This document shows, piece by piece, positions 1 through 7,639 of a stretch of 21,095 nucleotides of DNA. Source of the stretch: Thermotogota bacterium. Lineage in GTDB: Bacteria; Thermotogota; Thermotogae; Petrotogales; Kosmotogaceae. The stretch lies in contig JAYEJL010000025.1 in assembly GCA_034660555.1 (NCBI GenBank), positions 1 through 21,095 of the forward strand, read 5' to 3'. The position numbers were made by a program, and so were the translations under genes. Within the stretch, counting starts at the first letter, position 1. Every line of letters starts with the position of its first letter. The notes beneath the pieces are model-generated. The model made no database searches and had not been told where the DNA came from. It saw only the letters and a program-made list of their open reading frames with translations.

Positions 1-138
1 GGCTTTTATCTTTTTACAGCATCAATTTTACGCTGTCGTTAAAACAGTTAGATATTTTTAGCCCGTGCATAAACGTCTTCATAAATTCAAAATGAGTTAT
101 ACTAAAATTACATTCATAAATGCATAGCGGGGGCACAT

Positions 139-1464
139 ATGAGAAAGCTGAATAAAATAGCTTACGGTTATGGCGATTTAGGTTTAAGTATTTCATGGAC
201 TATCGTTGGATTCTACTTCATGTATTATCTTACAGATGTGGCATTGATAAATCCTGCATGGGTTGGTGCTGCAATACTTTTGGGAAGACTATGGGATGCA
301 TTCAGCGACCCGATATTTGGTAGATTTTCTGATCAGGCATCGACACGATTTGGTCGAAGAAGACCCTTCATCCTTGGCGCTGCTATTCCTTATGGTCTAT
401 CATTCTTTTTACTGTGGTTGGTTCCCGATACAACGCCAGCTGTTAAGTTTATTTATGTGGTATTTTTCTTTTTATTTCATACTACAGCGAGTACAGCATA
501 CAGTGTTCCATACACTGCATTAACGCCTGAACTTGCAAGGACCTACGACGAAAGAACCAGTCTAAACGCATACAGAATGTTTTTCTCCATACTGGGTGGT
601 TTGATAGCTGGAGCGGTACCAGCTTTTATTGTTCAAATGATCGGAAATGAATCAAGGGGTTATGCAGTAATGGGGCTCTTCTTTGGTTTATTCATTATAA
701 CAAGCCCTGTTATAGTCTCTTTCTTTACAAAGGAATCGAGAGAAAAACACCTTTCAAAGAAAAAATTATTTGAAGCACTGAAAGATGTCATACAAAATAA
801 ACCCTTTGTTTATGCTGTTTTTATGTTTTTCTTTACCTGGACCGGTGTAAATGTTGTTTCTGCTACAATAATTTATTTCGCAACATATGTAATGGGTAGG
901 GAAGAAGAAATAGGTATTCTCATTGGTGTTCTGTTTTTATCTTCCATAGTTTTCTTGCCCGTCTGGGTAAAAATATCCGGAAAGCTTGAAAAACGCAGAG
1001 CATATCAGGTTGGTATGCTTGAACTTATTTGTTGCCTTTTATTTATAGCATTTTTCGGTGATGTCCTTAATGATATGTGGCTTTACATAACAATTATAAT
1101 TACCGGTTTTGGCGTATCAGCTACGCATATATTACCATTCTCGATTCTTCCGGATGCTGTGGAGTACGACCGTGTTATATCTGGAGAAAAGCGCGAGGGA
1201 ATGTATTATGGTTTATCTACATTTTTTCAGAAGCTTGGTACTTCATTAATGCTGTTTATTGTAGGAGTTACACTGGAAATTTCAGGATATGTTCCTAATG
1301 TTCAACAGGAACCTCATGTAATCTTAACCATAAGGATGTTATTCGGTGTTTTCCCTGCCGTATTATTTATTATAGGTATAATACTTATGATTCCATATCC
1401 TATAGATAGGAATTTCCAGAAGAATATGCTTAAAGAGAAGGAAAAAGATAATGAATCTGGTTAA
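139..1464 (+). CDS. MFS transporter, glycoside-pentoside-hexuronide (GPH):cation symporter family (MelB/MFSD2-like)
   Basis: 441 aa with about 12 hydrophobic helices. GPH motifs YGxGD, WDAFSDPIFG, TRFGRRRPF, VPYTALTPEL..DERTSL..YR and PDAVEYD..REGMYYG..FFQK. G-rich RBS before the ATG. Confidence 0.92.
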   Translation: MRKLNKIAYGYGDLGLSISWTIVGFYFMYYLTDVALINPAWVGAAILLGRLWDAFSDPIFGRFSDQASTRFGRRRPFILGAAIPYGLSFFLLWLVPDTTPAVKFIYVVFFFLFHTTASTAYSVPYTALTPELARTYDERTSLNAYRMFFSILGGLIAGAVPAFIVQMIGNESRGYAVMGLFFGLFIITSPVIVSFFTKESREKHLSKKKLFEALKDVIQNKPFVYAVFMFFFTWTGVNVVSATIIYFATYVMGREEEIGILIGVLFLSSIVFLPVWVKISGKLEKRRAYQVGMLELICCLLFIAFFGDVLNDMWLYITIIITGFGVSATHILPFSILPDAVEYDRVISGEKREGMYYGLSTFFQKLGTSLMLFIVGVTLEISGYVPNVQQEPHVILTIRMLFGVFPAVLFIIGIILMIPYPIDRNFQKNMLKEKEKDNESG

Positions 1465-2563
1465 AGTAGACAGCGATAAGCTTATAAGAAAATTTATAGA
1501 TTTACCTTTCGTCATCTATAAGAACGATCCTTACTGGGTACCGCCGCTAAATTCAATGGTAAAAAGGGTGATTAAGAAAGGATCAACTGTAATGAATTCC
1601 GGAAGGGAGTTCTATTTAGTATTCGACAATGGAAGTCCTATAGCAAGAATGGGAGTTTACATAAATAAGAACGTGCTCGCTCATAGGAATAATGTTGGGT
1701 TCTTCACACTTTTTGAATCATTTAATAATCATAAAGCTATGGACTTACTTATTGACAGAACTGATAAATGGTTCGCAAAAAGAAAAATTAGTGCCTATAC
1801 TGGTCCAGAATCTCCCACAAATGGTGATGATTATAAAGGTATGCTCATAAAGAACTTTGAAAGCCCACCCTACATATATTTAAACTATAACCCTCCTTAT
1901 TACGAAAATCTAATCAAAAACGCTGGTTTTCTACCAAACACTCATCTGGCATGTTTCAAATTCGATCTGAGAGGTAAGTTCCCAGAAAAAAAGGTACAAC
2001 TAATTGAAAAAGCAATGGAAAGATACAATATTCAAGTAACTTCGCCAGATGTGAAAAATCTTGACAAAGCTGCGCATGATATGCGAATAGTAATGGAGAA
2101 TTCAATTCCGGATGAATGGGTCGGAGTTCGGCCACCTACACAGGAACAGATGCTTGACATAGTAAAGGAAATGAAACGCTTCGCTGATCCAGATCTTGCA
2201 GCCATAGCCTACAAAGAAAATCGTCCCATAGGTTTTTCGGTTGCCATACCAAACTACAATCCGTTATTTAAGAAAATGAAAGGCAACCTCTTACCTTTTG
2301 GATGGTTGGTCTTTTTATTGGGCAAGAAAACAGTAAAAACATTCAGATCAATCACTGTTTTTGTGGATAAAGCGTATCAAGGCAAAGGGGTATCCTTTGC
2401 AATGCATTATTACATTGGTAAAAATGCAAAGAAAAAAGGTTATGTTGAAGCAGAAGGAGGCATTGTAGGTTTTGAAAACCGAAAGAGTTTTCAGGACGCT
2501 GTTGGAGCAGGTGGTGAACTATACAAGGAATATACGATCTTTAAAAGAAAAATTAATTATTAA
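1451..2563 (+). CDS. GNAT-fold N-acyltransferase, YghO / bacterial ceramide synthase (bCerS)-like family
   Basis: 370 aa. Family motifs FIDLPFVIYKNDPYWVPPL, GFFTLFES, TGP...GMLIKNFESPP..LNYNPPYY and a C-terminal acyl-CoA motif VDKAYQGKGV. Overlaps the MFS gene by 14 bp. Confidence 0.75.
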   Translation: MNLVKVDSDKLIRKFIDLPFVIYKNDPYWVPPLNSMVKRVIKKGSTVMNSGREFYLVFDNGSPIARMGVYINKNVLAHRNNVGFFTLFESFNNHKAMDLLIDRTDKWFAKRKISAYTGPESPTNGDDYKGMLIKNFESPPYIYLNYNPPYYENLIKNAGFLPNTHLACFKFDLRGKFPEKKVQLIEKAMERYNIQVTSPDVKNLDKAAHDMRIVMENSIPDEWVGVRPPTQEQMLDIVKEMKRFADPDLAAIAYKENRPIGFSVAIPNYNPLFKKMKGNLLPFGWLVFLLGKKTVKTFRSITVFVDKAYQGKGVSFAMHYYIGKNAKKKGYVEAEGGIVGFENRKSFQDAVGAGGELYKEYTIFKRKINY

Positions 2564-2637
2564 TAAACCCCAACACATTTCAACTACGGGTCTTTTTTTG
2601 AAAATATTATTTGATCTCATCAAATGATATTCGTATT

Positions 2638-4929
2638 TCAATATTCAAAGGTTATCGCAAAAATATGCATGGTTATTGTATTAGGAAGCTGTATTGATTC
2701 TATTACTTTATCCTCCAGCTCAAAACTTTGAACATATAATTTACATTTAATCCTTTCTATATTTCCAGCAATATCATACCGATAAGGGAATTCAATCGTC
2801 TTTTCTCCAAACTGGCTACTTCCGCACCAATCGGAAAAAGATAAATTGAAGTATTCCGTTGCTCCGTCTTCATAAAAGATTGTAATGGTATCAGTATAGT
2901 CTCCATGGTCACTTGAACCAAGTACATATAATCTTCCTGCGCTTAAACCGATTTTAAATTTCTGCCCTGTAGTTCTTAGATTGTCATTTCCTTCTGTATT
3001 CATAAAATATGGAACATTTTCGATATAAATATATCCATTTTCCGTTAATTTCTTGATTTCTCCTTCAGGGTAAGATGCACCAATAACTCCCGTATAGTTA
3101 TCGAAGTTACCCTCTTTTCTTGACAAAGAATCTATTATTCCATTATTATCAAATACTGGACCCATTTCAAGCAGTGTATATCCATTCACATCAATCTTTT
3201 CTATCTCTAATGATTCCTGAACACTTTCTCCATCACCCGAATAAGCTATCAACGGTTCTTTCGCTTCCCAAAAAGCAAAGGGTTCAACTTCCAGTATTTT
3301 TTCGTCTGTCCTATTGAAAAATAGATAATCATCATCTAAAGGGTTGTAGATGGCAATGAGTTTCGGATAAAAAATGATCTGATCAATGAAAATTCTTTCA
3401 CCTGCAAATTTGAGTCCAAAGGAAAATCGTTCTTTTTCTCCCGTTCCTTTTATTGTTCCAGCTTTTATTATGCCTTTACTCATAGTAATATTGGCAGATG
3501 ATTTGTTTTGAGCAATTTTCGATGTTATCTCCACATTTTCAACTACTCTGTTCTCCAGAAAACTGGCAAAAATTTCGTAATCACTTTCTGATAAAGCGAT
3601 CTCACCCCTTAGTACAGTAGTTCCTTTACAGTCAATGTAGTACCCCCCTGATGCTTTACTCAAAGAAACAACTTCGGCATCTGAAAGCCCAAGATTCAAT
3701 TTTTCTGCTTCTATTACTTTTCCAGGGGAAAGCTGAATCATTTCACCATTATAATACTTGAGAAAATCTTCAGACATTAAATGAATGGATTGAATCGTCA
3801 GCAAAGCGCTTATTGTTGATTCCGCACCTGAGTTGAGATTTCTATGCGTTGGTTCAAGCCCGTCAAAACCCTCTCCATTTTCTCCAAACATTGGTCTTCC
3901 AAGTTCATTGAAACCTTTGAACCACGAAGCCATAAGAGCTGCAAATATTCCATAATTTTCTATACCTGTGACTTCGTACAACCTTACCGCAGAGTTAACC
4001 ATGCACTCAGCAGCATATGCGATTTTTGGAAATTCAACTAGATTTTCTCCAACTGAATAAACGGGGCCAAATGTGATGATAAAGGTGAATAAACGCCTGG
4101 CAGAACGTTCAGCATATCTTAAATAATCCTGGTTTCCCGTCAATAAATAAGACTCTACCAAAGCCTCAATATGCCTTGATCCCCATCCGTGCCAGTTGAA
4201 GTTATCCTTTCCTTCATCAAATAATCCAAAATCTTCCCAGTAATTGTTGTCAGCTTTTTTTACTATGGCTTTGGCTATTTCATTAATGACAGCTATATAT
4301 TCAGCGTTATTTTCATACTTGGCCAGTTCACATACACCAAGAAGCATAACTGAACTGATATCAGTGTATCCATCAAGCAATCCGTTTTCAAGATTTTTAT
4401 TTAATAGAGAAAATGTTCTTTTTGCTCTTTCAAGGAGCTCGAATGATAATTTTTCATCAATTTCATAAAATACATTTGCTCCCTTTGCTAGTGTCCATAA
4501 AGCGCGAACAGACCACCAATTAGGACCTGGTCTGGATGTTGGTCCACACCTGTTATATTCTCCGTCTGATGTTATGAAGTTATAAAAAGAACCATCATTT
4601 CTTTGCATGGCAAAAAGAAACTCAAAGATTTCCTTGCTCCTTTCAATTGATAATTCTGTATTAATACCAATCTCAATGTTACGCAAATAAAAAATCCCGG
4701 CTCTCGCTACATCATCAACACAGGTTACTCCTTCACCAACTGCTTCAACATGTCTATAAGAGCCATCAGGTAATCTGTCGGCGTAGATCCAGTATGCCCA
4801 ATAAGAGTTATCATTGATCTTAAATTCATCTCTTAAAAATTCCAGATGAGTGGTTATCAATTCCTGTCCAAAAACAGAAACTACTGAAAAAAACAATAGA
4901 ATAATGAGCATAAACGAAGCTTTCTTCAT
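2638..4929 (-). CDS. Secreted modular uncharacterised protein: putative (alpha/alpha)6-barrel glycosidase domain, CBM6/CBM35-like module and C-terminal beta-sandwich module
   Basis: 763 aa with signal peptide MKKASFMLIILLFFSVVSVFG. Helical domain with CVDDVARA, GSFYNF, WHGWG, WFKGFN, GFDGL and NSGAEST. CBM-like IEAE..ASGGYY..IDQI. C-terminal FDNNGI..NFD..ASYP..DNL...YEDG..FSDW..IQLP..HIFAIT. RBS AAGGAGTGA. The ORF is certain but the function is inferred. Confidence 0.6.
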   Translation of the reverse strand: MKKASFMLIILLFFSVVSVFGQELITTHLEFLRDEFKINDNSYWAYWIYADRLPDGSYRHVEAVGEGVTCVDDVARAGIFYLRNIEIGINTELSIERSKEIFEFLFAMQRNDGSFYNFITSDGEYNRCGPTSRPGPNWWSVRALWTLAKGANVFYEIDEKLSFELLERAKRTFSLLNKNLENGLLDGYTDISSVMLLGVCELAKYENNAEYIAVINEIAKAIVKKADNNYWEDFGLFDEGKDNFNWHGWGSRHIEALVESYLLTGNQDYLRYAERSARRLFTFIITFGPVYSVGENLVEFPKIAYAAECMVNSAVRLYEVTGIENYGIFAALMASWFKGFNELGRPMFGENGEGFDGLEPTHRNLNSGAESTISALLTIQSIHLMSEDFLKYYNGEMIQLSPGKVIEAEKLNLGLSDAEVVSLSKASGGYYIDCKGTTVLRGEIALSESDYEIFASFLENRVVENVEITSKIAQNKSSANITMSKGIIKAGTIKGTGEKERFSFGLKFAGERIFIDQIIFYPKLIAIYNPLDDDYLFFNRTDEKILEVEPFAFWEAKEPLIAYSGDGESVQESLEIEKIDVNGYTLLEMGPVFDNNGIIDSLSRKEGNFDNYTGVIGASYPEGEIKKLTENGYIYIENVPYFMNTEGNDNLRTTGQKFKIGLSAGRLYVLGSSDHGDYTDTITIFYEDGATEYFNLSFSDWCGSSQFGEKTIEFPYRYDIAGNIERIKCKLYVQSFELEDKVIESIQLPNTITMHIFAITFEY

Positions 4930-4950
4930 TAAATCACTCCTTTCAAGTAG

Positions 4951-4978
4951 AAAAAAAAGGGCGCCTAAGGCGCCCTTT
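4951..4978 (-). terminator. Intrinsic terminator between the 445-aa and 763-aa genes
   Basis: Perfect GC-rich stem GGGCGCC-TTA-GGCGCCC followed by T8 on the minus strand, about 15 bp after the stop codon at 4993. Confidence 0.85.
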
Positions 4979-4992
4979 AATCATATCATTAA

Positions 4993-6330
4993 CTATTCAT
5001 TACCAATCTTAATTGATTGAATCTCAATGGTTCTATTAACAATATGATTTATTGCGTTACCGATTGTACTGCATTCGTAAAGTCTATAAAATCTAACAAA
5101 GTTTAACTCATCACCAGCAACATAGTGATTTGGAAGATCAGCAGTTTCAAGTGAAACCGTATCCTTTGTAGATTCATACAGTTCAAATTCTCCTGGTAAC
5201 CATTTGAAAACACCATCACGAAATTCTCTACTCTCATAGATCCATGTATTACCATCTACCCACTTGTTGTAGTCAGCGTAGACTACAGGTTTTTCTGGCA
5301 ATATTTCAGCTACACCTATTCCAAGTGATGGAGAATAATTGGATCTCCAGGATTCCTGGGAAGCAAATATATACGTCGCGCCCCACCATAACGGTTTCAT
5401 CGAATCAATTGCCGGGAAGACTATGTAAGGCAATCGATTAACATACATTATTGCGTTTCTATCAAACCAGTATTCTAAAGGAGTAATGTTAAGTTGATCC
5501 GCCCACAACAGTCTTCTGAAAACTGGGATCATGTGAACAGCATCATCAGAAATATCTGTAAGTGGTCTTGTTATCATTGACTGAATTTTCATCATATCAA
5601 GATAATTATTGAAAACAAAAGTATTATCCAGTCTAATATCACCAGTATTGAAAATTGTAGTTACGATATGTTGATCAAGACCAACAAAGGTTTCTGACTG
5701 GAGTTTTGTAACAACCGTTACTCCTACAGGACCAGGTTCAATAATACTCGTTTCTACAATACGAAAATCTCCAGATGTTTTTTCTTCATGCTTACCAAGA
5801 TTACCGTCAACATAATATGTTGAGCCTACCCATCCAGAAACCCTACCAATACCGATTTCATCTACAACAGTACCTTCAACCTCACCAAAGGCTTCAACTC
5901 TAATAAGTCCGTTCATTGAAACTTTTGCATTCAGAACGGGGGTTTCGATTATTTTAACCCCTTCCTCTTCCTTAACGACGATGGAAGTATTATATTCAGG
6001 CTTCTCAATGGAAAAATCGTCACTAACAGTTATTTTAGATGAGCCATTTACAAGAGCAATTAATAAGTCTCCTGATGATAACTTACCATTCAAATCAATG
6101 TCGTCAACTTGAAAAGGAATTTCCTCTCCATCAGTATCCACAACTCTTATAGAATCCCAGTTTGCATCAAAATCGAGACCAACAAGTGTCAGTACCTCGT
6201 TCATGCTGACAACAATTGGCACAGAAACATCGGTAGTTTTGGAAACCTCAACAGGAATTTCCACTGTTTCAGAAAAAGCAAATGTAGCAACAAAAACACA
6301 TAACAAAACGATCAAGATACGTCTCATCAT
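4993..6330 (-). CDS. Secreted hypothetical protein with a DUF4861-like N-terminal module and a beta-rich C-terminal region
   Basis: 445 aa with signal peptide MRRILIVLLCVFVATFAFS. Motif SIRVVDTDGEEIPFQVDDIDLNGKLSSGDLL contains a DxDxNG Ca-binding-like loop. Trp/Tyr-rich C-terminal half. RBS AGGAGG at 6335-6340. Confidence 0.6.
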   Translation of the reverse strand: MMRRILIVLLCVFVATFAFSETVEIPVEVSKTTDVSVPIVVSMNEVLTLVGLDFDANWDSIRVVDTDGEEIPFQVDDIDLNGKLSSGDLLIALVNGSSKITVSDDFSIEKPEYNTSIVVKEEEGVKIIETPVLNAKVSMNGLIRVEAFGEVEGTVVDEIGIGRVSGWVGSTYYVDGNLGKHEEKTSGDFRIVETSIIEPGPVGVTVVTKLQSETFVGLDQHIVTTIFNTGDIRLDNTFVFNNYLDMMKIQSMITRPLTDISDDAVHMIPVFRRLLWADQLNITPLEYWFDRNAIMYVNRLPYIVFPAIDSMKPLWWGATYIFASQESWRSNYSPSLGIGVAEILPEKPVVYADYNKWVDGNTWIYESREFRDGVFKWLPGEFELYESTKDTVSLETADLPNHYVAGDELNFVRFYRLYECSTIGNAINHIVNRTIEIQSIKIGNE

Positions 6331-6344
6331 TTTCCCTCCTTTTT

Positions 6345-6360
6345 ATGTAAGCGGTTACAT
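6345..6360. promoter_or_regulatory. LacI-family operator 1 (ATGTAAGCGGTTACAT) controlling the leftward arm
   Basis: Near-perfect palindrome with central CG matching the LacI-type TGTAANCGNTTACA pattern. Lies between the minus-strand TATAAT (6368-6373) and the RBS. Confidence 0.85.
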
Positions 6361-6367
6361 ATTTTAA

Positions 6368-6373
6368 ATTATA
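6368..6373 (-). promoter_or_regulatory. Putative sigma70 -10 box of the leftward promoter
   Basis: Perfect TATAAT on the minus strand, 7 bp upstream of operator 1. No clear -35 element. Confidence 0.5.
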
Positions 6374-6608
6374 CATATATTATTCAAATGTACTAACTTC
6401 CCTTACAAACAAACATAAGCGATTTGCACTGCATACAACTGATTACAATCGATAATCTCTTAAAAATGCATTATTTCACACAAAACATGAAGAAAAACAA
6501 TCGTATAGAAGTGAATAAATATTTCAATGTAATTAGTCATAATCAGTCCTAATAACTACTAATAGAACTTAGTTGGTTATTGTAATCGAACAAAAATGAG
6601 TTAATATC

Positions 6609-6614
6609 TATAAT
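6609..6614 (+). promoter_or_regulatory. Putative sigma70 -10 box of the lacI-ABC-GH130 operon
   Basis: Perfect TATAAT 2 bp upstream of operator 2. The -35 element is weak (TCGAAC at 6586-6591). Confidence 0.55.
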
Positions 6615-6616
6615 GA

Positions 6617-6632
6617 ATGTAAGCGGTTTCAT
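6617..6632. promoter_or_regulatory. LacI-family operator 2 (ATGTAAGCGGTTTCAT), autoregulatory site of the rightward operon
   Basis: 15/16 identical to operator 1. Sits between the -10 box and the RBS AAGGAGTGA (6634-6642). Confidence 0.85.
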
Positions 6633-6649
6633 AAAGGAGTGATAAGATT

Positions 6650-7627
6650 TTGAGCTCTAATTTAAAGGATGTGGCGAAATTAGCGGGTGTTTCGACAGCT
6701 ACAGTTTCACGTGTTATTAACAACAAAGGATACATATCAAAGAAAACCAAAAGAAAAGTCATTAAAGCTATTAGTGAATTAAATTATTTGCCCGCAAAAA
6801 CCGCTCGTTTCCTTGCGAAAAAAGGCCAAACACATAACATAGCAATTATTTCAGGAGAAAGGGTTTTAGATTCAATCTTTTCCCATCCAGATGAATTTTA
6901 TACAGTTGTAGTGAAGGGTATAACAGATTTTGCAAAAAAGCATCGACTTAATACTCATTTCATGAAGATGGAAGAGGCTGAATATATATATGATGGTTAC
7001 TTACTGTTAGGCGGAGAAATAACAGATAATTACATAAAAGAACTTAAAACTACTCAAAAACCGATTGCTCTTGTTGATCAGTATATACCGGGTTTGAAAA
7101 TCGATTGTGTCGTTTCAGATGGATATGATGGAGCTATTTATGGAATCGAAAATTTAATCCAAAAAGGTTTAAGAAAAATTGTGGCACTTCATGGACCCTT
7201 AAGTCACTTTGGTTTTAAAGATAGATACGATGGTTATATCGCAGCAATGGAAAAACATGGTTTGTTACCTAAAACCTATGAATACGATGAGATTGGCAAT
7301 AACATGTCAGCTTTAATTGATTTGTTGCTTAAAACATATGGTAAGCCAGATGCCATTTTTGGGACCAATGATACCGCAGCTATTAGAGCGATGGAAGAAC
7401 TGAAAAATAGGAAATTCAAAGTTCCTGAGGACATTTCCATTTTGGGCTTCGATGATATCGTAAGCGCATCGACTGTAACTCCATCATTAACTACTCTAAA
7501 AATATTTAAATATGAGCTTGGCTCAGTTGCGGCTAGACGGTTATTCACGCTATTAATGGGAGAAGAAGAACATCCCACAAAAACGTCGCTATTCACGCAC
7601 TTCATAAAGCGTGATAGCACAATCTAA
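6650..7627 (+). CDS. LacI-family transcriptional regulator
   Basis: 325 aa, TTG start. HTH signature LKDVAKLAGVSTATVSRVIN, hinge LNYLP...ARFL, and effector domain ending VPEDISILGFDD..PSLTT. Confidence 0.97.
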   Translation: MSSNLKDVAKLAGVSTATVSRVINNKGYISKKTKRKVIKAISELNYLPAKTARFLAKKGQTHNIAIISGERVLDSIFSHPDEFYTVVVKGITDFAKKHRLNTHFMKMEEAEYIYDGYLLLGGEITDNYIKELKTTQKPIALVDQYIPGLKIDCVVSDGYDGAIYGIENLIQKGLRKIVALHGPLSHFGFKDRYDGYIAAMEKHGLLPKTYEYDEIGNNMSALIDLLLKTYGKPDAIFGTNDTAAIRAMEELKNRKFKVPEDISILGFDDIVSASTVTPSLTTLKIFKYELGSVAARRLFTLLMGEEEHPTKTSLFTHFIKRDSTI

Positions 7628-7639
7628 GGAGGGGGTAAG

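Noticed and set aside
67..82. GCATAAACGTCTTCAT as a LacI operator upstream of the MFS gene
   Set aside because: Only 10/16 match to operator 2 and not palindromic.
89..99. AAAATGAGTTA shared between the MFS upstream region and 6593-6603
   Set aside because: An 11-bp AT-rich match is plausible by chance, and its position relative to the -10 boxes differs.
2564..2637. Possible terminator between the convergent GNAT and 763-aa genes (ACCC...GGGT followed by a T run)
   Set aside because: The stem is only about 4 bp with a long loop, so it is not a convincing intrinsic terminator.
6438..6587. 8-9 bp long-range inverted repeats (GATTACAAT/ATTGTAATC) suggesting a MITE or riboswitch in the divergent promoter region
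   Set aside because: Too short, with no target-site duplication or known aptamer motif.
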